Shown here piece after piece: positions 22,402-31,681 of a DNA stretch of 32,000 nt. The stretch is taken from contig NC_014033.1 of the NCBI RefSeq assembly GCF_000025925.1, forward strand, positions 2,910,001 through 2,942,000. The letters run 5' to 3'. The notes beneath the pieces are model-generated. The model searched no databases, was not told the DNA's origin, and saw nothing but the letters and a program-made list of their open reading frames with translations. This DNA comes from Xylanibacter ruminicola 23 (lineage in GTDB: Bacteria > Bacteroidota > Bacteroidia > Bacteroidales > Bacteroidaceae). Both the position numbers and the translations under genes were made by a program. The first letter of the stretch is position 1. The number at the start of each line of letters is the position of its first letter.

Positions 22402-22443
22402 ACATTAAACATTAAACATGAAACATTAAAGATTAAACATTTA
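22396..22443. repeat. Heptamer tandem array NATTAAA, about 6.9 copies, spanning the sigma stop codon
   Basis: gattaaa cattaaa cattaaa catgaaa cattaaa gattaaa cattta. Confidence 0.85.
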
Positions 22444-22450
22444 CCAAATT

Positions 22451-23041
22451 ATGACAAACGAGAATTTTGATTTAGAGAATATGCGTGAGCAGATGAACAC
22501 GCTGAAGAATAAGCTGGATAAGCAGACTATTTTGAGCGACCGCTTTATCCGCCAGTCGATGAACAAAACCGCCAGCAACATCAGTCGCAGATATTATTTC
22601 ATCATGGCCGTCTGCTTGCTGATGATTCCCTATAGCTACTGGGCATTTGTAATGCTAAACAGTTTCTCCATTCCTTTCTGGATTTTCACCTGCATCACCA
22701 TGCTGGTTAGCTTCGGAGGCACCTTCTATAACAGCAGGAAACTGAGCGATTCGAACCTGATGACCAACAATCTCGTGGATGTCCAGCGCCGTATGGCCAG
22801 CGCCAAGAAGTTCGATGCCAACTGGCTCCTCATCGGCATTCCTCTTGCTGTTGTTTTCCTTGGTTGGTTTATGTACGAGTCATATCTGCTTCATCCGAAT
22901 GCCTTTTTCAACGGGCTCTTCTGGGCAGGATGCATCGGTGGCGTTATTGGAGCTATCTGGGGATTCTCACTCCACATCAAGACCCAACGCCAGTATCAGG
23001 AGATCCTCGATCAAATAGAGGATATCACTGCCGAAAACTAA
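22451..23041 (+). CDS. Membrane protein co-transcribed with the ECF sigma factor (possible anti-sigma-like partner)
   Basis: A cytoplasmic coiled N-terminus followed by about 4 hydrophobic helices. The role is suggested by position only. Confidence 0.5.
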   Translation: MTNENFDLENMREQMNTLKNKLDKQTILSDRFIRQSMNKTASNISRRYYFIMAVCLLMIPYSYWAFVMLNSFSIPFWIFTCITMLVSFGGTFYNSRKLSDSNLMTNNLVDVQRRMASAKKFDANWLLIGIPLAVVFLGWFMYESYLLHPNAFFNGLFWAGCIGGVIGAIWGFSLHIKTQRQYQEILDQIEDITAEN

Positions 23042-25956
23042 GATAATTGTTCTGAGTCCTGCGATAAATACTCGCTAGGCAGCACACCGAACTCTTTCTT
23101 GAAGCACTTGGTAAAATACTTAGGCGTATTGAAACCAACGGCCATGGAGAGTTCGGTCATTTTTATGTTCGGCTTCTGACGGAGAATGCGACAGGCCTCT
23201 TTCAGTCGGATGCTGTTGATAAAGGCGGTAACATTCTCGCCTGTCAGGGCACGCAGCTTGTTATAGAGGGTAGATGACGATACGCACATATCGCTGGCAA
23301 ACTGCTCACGATCGTAGTCGGCATCATCAATATGCTGTTTCACACACTCGATGGCTTTCTGCAGGAACAGTTCGTCGGGCGATGAGTGTTGCTGCTCCTC
23401 AACTTCGAGCACCTTACGGGCACCCTCGCGCTCGGCCTTGCCGCCAGGCTTATTGATAAACTGCTTCATCACCATCATCTCGCGGTAGTGCAACAGTTCG
23501 CTCACACGCTGCTGCAGACGGGCACGACGGTTTACACGGGCTTTATACCACTCTTTTACGCCATAGGCAGCAGCAAGTAGCAACACCACGTAAATGAGAT
23601 AGGCCCACCAAGTGCGATACCATGGCGGCAGCACACGCACCACAATAGCGTAAGGCATTTCAACCAGTCGACCGTAACTATCTACGGCACGCAACTTCAG
23701 ATGGTAGGTTCCCGAGGGCAGGTTCTGGTAGGTAGCCACACGGTTCTGGGCATCGGTATCGTGCCAATCGTTGTCGTAACCCTCTAAGTAATAGGCATAT
23801 CGGCACTGTTCCTGATTCTGATAAGTGAGCAATGCAAACTCTACCGAGAACTTACGGGCATCCGATGGAATGGTGATTTTTTGCGTAAAGAAGGGCTGGT
23901 CGGCCGATATCCTTTGACGGTGCAGAGAGTCCTGCCAAAGATATGGTCTATCGTCAATCATCAGTTCGGTAACCACCAACGATGGCGAGGCCCCCTGCTG
24001 CCAGCGTTCTATCTCGGCAGCATCGAACGAGAAGAACCCCTTGGCACTGCCATAGAAGAGTTCCTTACCATAGCTGAAAGCACCATTCGACGAGAAGCTG
24101 ATGGTCTCGATACCATCCTCCATGTTATAGTACGTGGTTGTTCCCTGCTTATCCGATGGCGCAAAGCGCACCAAACCTTTATCGGTTGAAAGCCAGATAC
24201 GACCGTTACTGTCGCCCTGGATAGAGTAGATGCTACCCATGCCAATGTAATAACGGTGGTTTACAGGCTCAAATTTATCGGTTTCATCGTTATATTTAAA
24301 GAAATCGCCACTATTAGAAATGGCCCACAACTGATAGTTGGCATCCTCGTACACAGCCGTAGCCTCATCAATAGGATAATTGTTGGCAACAGGAGCGTAC
24401 TGGTGATAGGTAAACGACTTAGGATCGTCAAGCCTTCCCGTGATTCGGATAATGCCCTGTCCCTCGGTGGCTATCCACAAGCGATGATGATGGTCTTCGG
24501 ATATGGATAAAACATGACAATTACTAAAGTCTCGCTTACGCTCGGTCATCTTCAGCAAACGTCCTTTATTCTCGCTAAACGCAATACCAAGACCATTATT
24601 CTGACCCACCAGCACTGCGCCATCAGTTAATGCATGAAAAGCATTTACTTCGCTATCGCCAATAAACGGCGAGTTACTACGCACTAACAGGCGTGCCGGT
24701 TCGCCCTCTTTCCAAATCACTACCCCTCGCGAACTGGCCAGCCAGATACTGCCATCGGGACGCTCGATCATATCAGAGATCGTTTGCACGTATATACCCT
24801 GCTGACCTGTTTCGTTCTCCAGTCCGGGAATATGGTTATTGTACAGCACCTGACCGGCCTGGCGGTCGTAAAGGGCCAGTCCGTAAGGCTGCAAACCTAA
24901 CCAGAAACGGTTACCATCGGTAGTAAACACCTTCTGAATGCGGTTTACAGGCAACTCCAATCCAGCGGGATCCAGATGATAGAAATGGAAAGGCGACGGT
25001 TTGGTGCTCAGGTGCACGATACCGTTGTTACGGGTAAGTGCCCACAGGTTACCCATGCCATCTGTCACCATATCGTAGCAGAAGGTGAGTATCGGATAGT
25101 TCTCAACCTCGGCCTCGTTATCCATATCAACTCGGGTCAGTCCCTCAATACAGCAACCCCACACAGCATGGCTGACAGAATCTTCAACCAGTCGGTGGAA
25201 CGTACGGAAATCGGCCCTACCCTCGTTCATCTTGTGCATGCCTGGCGCCGTCTCGTTTTCGGGATGGTCCAGGCGCACAATACCATGCTCCCAGGTACCA
25301 ATCCACAAGCGACCGCGACTGTCCATCAACATGGTCTGAGCGGTATTACGCGTACTTAACGGTGGATAGCTCACCATTTTACCGGTTTTCTTGTTCAGGC
25401 GCAGCAAACCGCCCTCCCACGTACCTATATACAGATTACCACGGGCATCTTCGGCAAACGAAATCACGCCAGCCGAGAGGTTTATATCGATGAAATCGTC
25501 GGTTTTTGCATTGTATCGCGACACGCCTGCATTGGTTCCAGCCCACACCGTACCGCTTTTATCAGTATAAAGGGTATTAATCAATCGGGCCTGATCGCCA
25601 CGCAGATGATACGTTTTAAAAGAACCACGACGACGGTCGAAACGAGCCAGACCATCGCGGGTACCTATCCAAAGACCATCGTGCTGGTCTTCGGTCATCG
25701 AACGTACATAGTTATTAGGCAGGATGCCAGGAGTATAAGCGTTGTTGCGGTAGGTTTTGAAGCTGTAGCCATCGAACGAGCGCAAGCCCTGATCGGTACC
25801 TACCCACATCATGCCATAGTGGTCGAACATAAGCTTTCGTGCCTCCTCGATGCCCTGAACAGGTGTCTGCGACATAATTCTGAGCGACACAGGGCATGCC
25901 ATGGACATCTGTCCAAGCACAAAAACAGTTATCAGTAGGGATAATACACGCCTCAT
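23038..25956 (-). CDS. Membrane-anchored sensor-regulator: periplasmic two-component-regulator-propeller repeats, then a Y_Y_Y-like region, one TM helix and an AraC-type HTH. There is no kinase or receiver domain.
   Basis: Repeated ...G.LWIGT..GL..F/Y motifs and a Y_Y_Y-like region (YAYYLEGYDNDW...LPSGTYHLKLRA). The TM helix is WWAYLIYVVLLLAAAYGV. The C-terminal HTH is ...LSMAVGFNTPKYFTKCFKKEFGVLPSEY. I found no H-box, N/G-boxes or receiver aspartate pocket. Confidence 0.8.
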   Translation of the reverse strand: MRRVLSLLITVFVLGQMSMACPVSLRIMSQTPVQGIEEARKLMFDHYGMMWVGTDQGLRSFDGYSFKTYRNNAYTPGILPNNYVRSMTEDQHDGLWIGTRDGLARFDRRRGSFKTYHLRGDQARLINTLYTDKSGTVWAGTNAGVSRYNAKTDDFIDINLSAGVISFAEDARGNLYIGTWEGGLLRLNKKTGKMVSYPPLSTRNTAQTMLMDSRGRLWIGTWEHGIVRLDHPENETAPGMHKMNEGRADFRTFHRLVEDSVSHAVWGCCIEGLTRVDMDNEAEVENYPILTFCYDMVTDGMGNLWALTRNNGIVHLSTKPSPFHFYHLDPAGLELPVNRIQKVFTTDGNRFWLGLQPYGLALYDRQAGQVLYNNHIPGLENETGQQGIYVQTISDMIERPDGSIWLASSRGVVIWKEGEPARLLVRSNSPFIGDSEVNAFHALTDGAVLVGQNNGLGIAFSENKGRLLKMTERKRDFSNCHVLSISEDHHHRLWIATEGQGIIRITGRLDDPKSFTYHQYAPVANNYPIDEATAVYEDANYQLWAISNSGDFFKYNDETDKFEPVNHRYYIGMGSIYSIQGDSNGRIWLSTDKGLVRFAPSDKQGTTTYYNMEDGIETISFSSNGAFSYGKELFYGSAKGFFSFDAAEIERWQQGASPSLVVTELMIDDRPYLWQDSLHRQRISADQPFFTQKITIPSDARKFSVEFALLTYQNQEQCRYAYYLEGYDNDWHDTDAQNRVATYQNLPSGTYHLKLRAVDSYGRLVEMPYAIVVRVLPPWYRTWWAYLIYVVLLLAAAYGVKEWYKARVNRRARLQQRVSELLHYREMMVMKQFINKPGGKAEREGARKVLEVEEQQHSSPDELFLQKAIECVKQHIDDADYDREQFASDMCVSSSTLYNKLRALTGENVTAFINSIRLKEACRILRQKPNIKMTELSMAVGFNTPKYFTKCFKKEFGVLPSEYLSQDSEQLS

Positions 25957-25978
25957 TAGTTAGTTGCAATTACGGCTG

Positions 25979-25986
25979 CAAAGATA
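25979..25986 (-). promoter_or_regulatory. -7 box TATCTTTG (minus strand) for the regulator gene
   Basis: The reverse complement of caaagata, 23 nt upstream of the start at 25956. Confidence 0.5.
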
Positions 25987-26027
25987 CGAAACTTTTGTGA
26001 ATCATCAAAGAAAATCGCAAAAATAAC

Positions 26028-26088
26028 AATTTGTTCCCCCTAAATAACGATGTTGGGACGTTGATATAAATCAATTGTCGTACCTTTG
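26028..26088 (+). promoter_or_regulatory. GH43 promoter: box A ATTTGTTCCCCCTAAAT, dyad TTGAT-ATAA-ATCAA, and -7 box TACCTTTG
   Basis: Box A lies within 26028-26046, the dyad at 26061-26074 and the -7 box at 26081-26088. The same three-part layout occurs at 28244-28304. Confidence 0.55.
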
Positions 26089-26121
26089 CACCTGCAAAAC
26101 CAAACACTAACTTGTAAGAAA

Positions 26122-28242
26122 ATGAAGAAAGTACTGTTCATTGCATCACTATTGCTGGCCTTTGTGGCTCAGACCGATGCCAAAGCCAAGAAAGCGCTCA
26201 CCGAAAAGGATATGGGTGCCTATCTGTTTACGTATTTCAACGATCCAACCCACTCGCTGTTTATGGCCATCAGCTACGATGGCTACACGTTTACGGCTGT
26301 TAACAATGGCGAGCCCATTATTGCCGGCGACTCTATTGCCGACCAGCGAGGCATACGCGATCCTCATATCTACCGTGCTCCCAATGGCAAATTCTACATT
26401 GCCATGACCGACCTGCATGTGTTTGGCAAGGAGATGGGATTGCGCGCCACCCAGTGGGAACGCCCCGACGAGTTTGGCTGGGGTAACAACCGCGGACTGG
26501 TACTGATGGCCAGCGACGATCTGATACACTGGACCCACCACGAGGCACGTATAGATAAACTGTTCCCCGAGAAGTTCGGTAAGATTGGTTGTGCCTGGGC
26601 ACCCCAGACCATCTGGGATCCTGCCGTAGGCAAGCCTATGGTTTACTTTACCATCAGACAACACGCGGGCGGGCGCACGAAACTATACTATAGTTACGCC
26701 AACGAGGAGTTTACAACACTTGAGACCGAGCCCCAGCTGCTGTTTGAGTATCCCGACGATAAGATTCAGGTTCTGGATGCCGATATCTGTCCCATGCCCG
26801 ACGGTCGCTACTTTATGAGCTATGTGGCCCAAGAGAATCCTGGCGGCATCAAGTACATGATTAGCGACAAAATTAACCATTTCAACGATTATCACGCCGA
26901 GCAGATCGACGGCGAGAACCGTGGTTGCGAGGCGCCAAACGTATGGAAGCGCATCGGACAGAAGAAATGGGTAGTGATGTACGATATCTACAGCGTGAAC
27001 CCTCATAACTTCGGATTTGTAGAGACCAGCGACTTCAAGACCTTCAAGCCTCTGGGCCGTTTTAACGAGGGGGTAATGAAGGCAGCCAATTTCTCATCGC
27101 CCAAGCACGGTAGCGTGATTCATATCACCAAGGCCGAGGCCAAGCGTATCGAAAACTACTGGAACAACCAGCAGAAGAAAGCCAAGATGATTCGCTCGGG
27201 TGAGATCTGGCCCGATGCCAGCGGCCGTCATATCAACGCCCATGGCGGTGGTATCATGAAGTATGGCGACACCTACTACTGGTTTGGCGAGAACAAGTGC
27301 GACACCACCTCATCGGCTATGATTGGTGTGCAGTGCTACTCATCGAAAGACCTGATGAACTGGCAGAACCGTGGCGTTGCCCTCTACGTGAGCGACGACC
27401 GCCGCAGCGATATTACCCGCGGTTGTGTGCTGGAGCGCCCCAAGGTTATATATAATAAGGTAACCAAGAAATTCTGCATGTGGTTCCACCTGGAGCTGAA
27501 AGGCAAGGGCTACAGCGCTGCCCGCTACGGTGTAGCAGTAAGCGACAAGCCCGAAGGACCTTATAAGTTTCTGTACTCGCAGCGCGCCAACGCAGGCACC
27601 TACCCTGTAGAGTTCGGACAGCAGGAGTTGGCTACACTCGACACCCTGAATGCCGACAATTTCAAGAAATGGTGGACACCCACCTGGATGGAGGCTATCA
27701 AGCAGGGCCTGTTCCTGAAGCGCGACTTCGGTACGGGTCAGATGGCTCGCGATATGACACTTTATGTAGATGATGATGGCAAAGCCTATCACATCTTCTC
27801 ATCGGAGGATAACCTGACGCTGCACATTGCCGAACTGACTGGCGACTACCTGCACCACTCAGGCAAATATACCCGCGTAGCTCCTGGCGGCCAGAACGAG
27901 GCACCTGCCATCTTCAAGAAGGATGGCACCTACTGGATGATTACCTCGGGCTGCACCGGTTGGGCTCCTAACGAGGCACGTATGTTCTCGGCACCCAGCA
28001 TCTGGGGACCTTGGACTCAGCATCCCACACCTTGTGTAGGCCCGAAGGCCGAAATCACCTTCGAAGGACAGTCGACTTATATCCTGCCCTACGGCAAAGG
28101 TTTTATCTTTATGGCCGACATCTGGCGACCAAAGCATCCAAGTGATGCCCGTTATATCTGGTTGCCTATCGAATTTGAGAACGGAAAACCCGTTATCAGG
28201 TGGCGTGATGCGTGGAATCTTAGTGAATTAGGGGAAAATTAA
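26122..28242 (+). CDS. Secreted enzyme with two tandem GH43-like five-bladed propeller domains. The C-terminal one resembles the exo-beta-1,3-galactanase-type subfamily.
   Basis: Signal peptide MKKVLFIASLLLAFVA. Domain 1 has RDPHIY, CAWAPQTIWD and CEAPNVWK. Domain 2 has INAHGGGIMKYGDTYYWFGENK, LERPKVIY and NEAPAIFKKDGTYW. The ATG at 26122 is preferred, because the track start at 26086 overlaps the -7 box. Confidence 0.75.
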   Translation: MKKVLFIASLLLAFVAQTDAKAKKALTEKDMGAYLFTYFNDPTHSLFMAISYDGYTFTAVNNGEPIIAGDSIADQRGIRDPHIYRAPNGKFYIAMTDLHVFGKEMGLRATQWERPDEFGWGNNRGLVLMASDDLIHWTHHEARIDKLFPEKFGKIGCAWAPQTIWDPAVGKPMVYFTIRQHAGGRTKLYYSYANEEFTTLETEPQLLFEYPDDKIQVLDADICPMPDGRYFMSYVAQENPGGIKYMISDKINHFNDYHAEQIDGENRGCEAPNVWKRIGQKKWVVMYDIYSVNPHNFGFVETSDFKTFKPLGRFNEGVMKAANFSSPKHGSVIHITKAEAKRIENYWNNQQKKAKMIRSGEIWPDASGRHINAHGGGIMKYGDTYYWFGENKCDTTSSAMIGVQCYSSKDLMNWQNRGVALYVSDDRRSDITRGCVLERPKVIYNKVTKKFCMWFHLELKGKGYSAARYGVAVSDKPEGPYKFLYSQRANAGTYPVEFGQQELATLDTLNADNFKKWWTPTWMEAIKQGLFLKRDFGTGQMARDMTLYVDDDGKAYHIFSSEDNLTLHIAELTGDYLHHSGKYTRVAPGGQNEAPAIFKKDGTYWMITSGCTGWAPNEARMFSAPSIWGPWTQHPTPCVGPKAEITFEGQSTYILPYGKGFIFMADIWRPKHPSDARYIWLPIEFENGKPVIRWRDAWNLSELGEN

Positions 28243-28243
28243 C

Positions 28244-28304
28244 GATTTGTTCCCCTAAATTCACGCATTTTAACCCTTGATTTATATCAACCTTCGTATC
28301 TTTG
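28244..28304 (+). promoter_or_regulatory. susC-like promoter: box A ATTTGTTCCCCTAAAT, dyad TTGAT-TTAT-ATCAA, and -7 box TATCTTTG
   Basis: Box A lies within 28244-28261, the dyad at 28277-28290 (the exact reverse complement of 26061-26074) and the -7 box at 28297-28304. Confidence 0.55.
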
Positions 28305-28386
28305 CACCCGAAAATTCGAACCTATCCCAGAGAAGGAAGAACTATTCAATTATTAACAATTATAATAAAACTTAAAACAGTAACAA

Positions 28387-31300
28387 ATGAAGTATGCTAA
28401 ATTAACTCTTCCATCCAAGAAGCTATGCTTCGTGATGGCGTTGGCAGCCGGGATGATCTCGTTCCCATTGCCGACAATGGCAGAACTGGCAGTACAGTCT
28501 ACTCAGCAAAGCGGAGTGGTAAAGGGCCAGGTTACAGACAAAAACGGTGAACCTGTTATCGGTGCTACCGTAAAAGTAAAAAACGCAGCAAATGTGGGCA
28601 CTGTTACCGATTTTGAAGGTAACTTTGACTTGAAAGCTGCTCCAACCAATGGTACACTCGTGGTATCATACATTGGTTTTAAAACTAAAGAGATTGCCTA
28701 TAAAAACGGGCAGACTCTTAACATTACAATCGAAGAAGACGCAGAAACACTTCAGGAAGTAGTTGTTGTAGGTTATGGTACTATGCGTAAGAAGGACCTG
28801 ACTGGTTCGGTAGTACAGATCGACCCCAGTAAGATTGCAGACCAGAACCCTGGTAGCGTACAGGATCTGCTTCGTGGCACACCTGGCTTACAGATTGGTT
28901 TCGATTCATCAGCCAAGGGTTCAGGCGCCAGCATCCAGCTCCGTGGACAGAACTCTCTTTACACATCAGGTTCGCACAACTCTCCACTGATTATTCTCGA
29001 TGGTATGCAGTTCGCAGGTGAGCTCTCTGAGATTAACCCCGACGACATTGAGCAAATCGACGTTCTGAAGGATGCCTCATCGGCAGCCATCTATGGTGCA
29101 AAAGCCGCAAGTGGTGTTATCATCATCTCTACCAAGAAGGGTAAGCAGGGTAAACCTATTATTAATGTAAGCATGAACCTGGCAGCCAACTCAAAGGCAG
29201 CTTATCGCGATGTATTCAGCGCCAGTGAATATATGACCTACCGCGAGGACTGGTATAAGGCACAGACCTACGGCTATCGTGAGGATGGCACATGGGGCTA
29301 CTATGGCAAAGACAGCGGTATTCCTACTGGTTACTATGATAACTTCAACAATATCAGTCAATATGGTATTTCGCAGGACCAGTGGGCCAGCAATGGTCCT
29401 AAGACATTGCAGGCAGGCGAGTCGATGCTGAGCCTCTATGCACGTCGTATGGGCTTTGACGCTGACGCAGCCCTCGTAATGGAGAACTTCCTGGCAGGTA
29501 AGACATACAACTGGGAGGATGCTACCTTCCGTACCGGTTTCAACCAGGATTACAACGCCAGCATTTCAGGTGCTACCGATCGTGTAAACTACTATTTAGG
29601 ATTTGGTTATCTGAAGAATCAGGGCGCCATTCAGGGCGATGACTACCATGCTTATCGCGCTAACATGAAACTGAACGCCAAAATTACAGATTGGCTCGAA
29701 GTTGGTGCTAACGTAAACTTCCAGGATCGTAGCGATGAGTCTCAGGCGGTTCCCCTGGGCAGCAACTACTGGGACGACAACCAGTTGCGTGAGTCGCCCT
29801 ACGCTTCACGTTATGACGAGAATGGTAACGAAATCCAGTATCCTCGTACAGGTAACCCTACAAACGGTGGTTACAACTACCACTTCCAGCAGCAGTATAT
29901 CGGTCTGGAGAAGGGTTATACCGTACTGAATACCATCTTTAACGCTAAGGTAACCCTGCCATTCGGCATTACCTACCAGTTCAACATTGCTCCACGCTAC
30001 CAGTGGTTCTACGATCGTTATCACATGTCGGCAGAACTGCCAAACAGCGACCCTGCTACACGTGGCGTAAACCGCAACTCATCGAAGACCTTCAACTGGA
30101 ACCTCAACAACACGCTGACATGGGATCGCACCTTTGCTAATCTGCATCATGTCACAGTAACTCTGGCTCAGGAGGCTGAGGAGAACCGTTATTGGAGCGA
30201 CAATATCTCTGCACGCAACATCACTCCTACCGATGTGCTTGGTTTCCACTATATCTCGGGTGCCAACAAGGAGCAGAGCTCATTCTCAACCAACGACACT
30301 CACTACACAGCAGCCGCTTATCTGGGTCGTGTATTCTATGGTTTCATGGATCGCTACATGCTGACTGCTACTGTACGTCGTGACGGTTATTCAGCATTCG
30401 GACAGAACAATCCTTGGGCCAACTTCTGGTCATTAGGTGCCAGCTGGGTTCTTTCTGAGGAAAAATTCGCTCAGGATTGGAAGTGGCTCGATATGGCTAA
30501 GCTGCGTTTGAGTTATGGTACCAATGGTAACCGCTCACTCGCCGATACATATCTGGCTCTCTCTAACTTGGCTAACGGTGGTCTCTATGCTTACTATAAG
30601 TACGGTTCAACCTCACAGGAGGTGCTCAATGCTTTGAGCGTAGACCGTCTGGGTAACCCCAACCTGGAGTGGGAGAAGACCTCATCATGGAACTTCGGTA
30701 TCGACTTTGCCGTTCTCAACAAGCGTCTCTCTGGTAGCATTGATATCTACCACAAGAAGACCCACGATATGATTATGTCACAGCGCCTGCCAAACTTCAC
30801 AGGTTTCAGCAGCATCACTACCAACCTTGGTGAGGTTACCAACACCGGTTTTGAAATTACGCTGAACACCAAGAATATCGAAACAAAGGACTTCAAGTGG
30901 GGCACCTCTCTCGGATTCTCATACAATAAGAATAAGATTAAGCACCTGTACTACGAGTACGACGAGGATGGCAAGGAGATGGACGATACTAGCAACGGTT
31001 GGTTCATTGGCAAGCCTATCGGCGAAATCTGGTACTGGAAGACCGACGGCATCTGGCAGGCCAACGAGGCTGAGGAGGCTGCATTGGTGAACCAGAAACC
31101 TGGTGATCCAAAGGTTGTAAATGTTTATACCGAAGACGATAAGATTCTGGCCGACGGTACACGCGTACCTGTTTACAACGACAAGGACCGTGTTTACCAG
31201 GGTACTACCCAGCCACCAATCTACTGGAACATGCGTAACGATTTCCAGTACAAGGACTTCACCTTCTCGTTCTCAATGTACAGCTACATGGGCCACAAGA

Positions 31301-31668
31301 GCCTGAGCGGTAACTGGCTGAATGGCGATAACTCAGGTTCTATGTTCACTCAGACCTGTAATACCTACAAAAAGGAATACTGGACACCTGAGAACCCAAC
31401 CAACGAGTATGCTCGTCTGAACGCTGTTGGTCCTTCTGGTGTAACAGGTATTAATAAGCTCTACAACCGCAGCTTCGTACGTGTGGACAACATTACACTG
31501 GGTTACACTATCCCACGCGACATCACTAACAAGTGGGGTATCCAGCGTGTACATGTAACTGCCGGTATCCACAATGCATTCACTATCGACAGCTGGGAAT
31601 ATGGCGATCCTGAAACAGGAGGTTTTGCCAACCGTCAGTTCCAATTCGGTCTTAATGTAACACTTTAA
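28387..31668 (+). CDS. SusC/RagA-family TonB-linked outer-membrane protein
   Basis: CarboxypepD_reg-like start (VKGQVTDKNGEPVIGATVKV...TDFEGNF), plug (DLLRGTPGLQ...LIILDGMQF...IDVLKDASSAAIYGAKAASGVIII) and the length of 1093 aa. A SusD-like gene follows 13 nt downstream. Confidence 0.9.
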   Translation: MKYAKLTLPSKKLCFVMALAAGMISFPLPTMAELAVQSTQQSGVVKGQVTDKNGEPVIGATVKVKNAANVGTVTDFEGNFDLKAAPTNGTLVVSYIGFKTKEIAYKNGQTLNITIEEDAETLQEVVVVGYGTMRKKDLTGSVVQIDPSKIADQNPGSVQDLLRGTPGLQIGFDSSAKGSGASIQLRGQNSLYTSGSHNSPLIILDGMQFAGELSEINPDDIEQIDVLKDASSAAIYGAKAASGVIIISTKKGKQGKPIINVSMNLAANSKAAYRDVFSASEYMTYREDWYKAQTYGYREDGTWGYYGKDSGIPTGYYDNFNNISQYGISQDQWASNGPKTLQAGESMLSLYARRMGFDADAALVMENFLAGKTYNWEDATFRTGFNQDYNASISGATDRVNYYLGFGYLKNQGAIQGDDYHAYRANMKLNAKITDWLEVGANVNFQDRSDESQAVPLGSNYWDDNQLRESPYASRYDENGNEIQYPRTGNPTNGGYNYHFQQQYIGLEKGYTVLNTIFNAKVTLPFGITYQFNIAPRYQWFYDRYHMSAELPNSDPATRGVNRNSSKTFNWNLNNTLTWDRTFANLHHVTVTLAQEAEENRYWSDNISARNITPTDVLGFHYISGANKEQSSFSTNDTHYTAAAYLGRVFYGFMDRYMLTATVRRDGYSAFGQNNPWANFWSLGASWVLSEEKFAQDWKWLDMAKLRLSYGTNGNRSLADTYLALSNLANGGLYAYYKYGSTSQEVLNALSVDRLGNPNLEWEKTSSWNFGIDFAVLNKRLSGSIDIYHKKTHDMIMSQRLPNFTGFSSITTNLGEVTNTGFEITLNTKNIETKDFKWGTSLGFSYNKNKIKHLYYEYDEDGKEMDDTSNGWFIGKPIGEIWYWKTDGIWQANEAEEAALVNQKPGDPKVVNVYTEDDKILADGTRVPVYNDKDRVYQGTTQPPIYWNMRNDFQYKDFTFSFSMYSYMGHKSLSGNWLNGDNSGSMFTQTCNTYKKEYWTPENPTNEYARLNAVGPSGVTGINKLYNRSFVRVDNITLGYTIPRDITNKWGIQRVHVTAGIHNAFTIDSWEYGDPETGGFANRQFQFGLNVTL

Positions 31669-31681
31669 AATGTAGAATCGT

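Noticed and set aside
15290-22443. Heptamer arrays as CRISPR or minisatellite-encoded peptides
   Set aside because: The unit is 7 bp with no spacers, so these are not CRISPR arrays. The arrays are full of TAA stops in the relevant frames and lie between genes, so they are not coding.
23038-23041. Convergent genes whose stop codons overlap (TAA of 22451..23041 and TAG of 23038..25956), with no terminator between them
   Set aside because: The overlap is real in the sequence, but tail-to-tail overlaps of a few bases are common in compact genomes. I see no structure suggesting regulated antisense interference.
28228-28258. 9-bp perfect inverted repeat TTAGGGGAA / TTCCCCTAA linking the last codons of the GH43 gene to box A of the susC promoter
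   Set aside because: It is not matched at the GH43 promoter, where box A has no partner arm. It has no following U tract, so it is neither a shared operator feature nor a convincing terminator. It may be a coincidence of the LGEN* codons.
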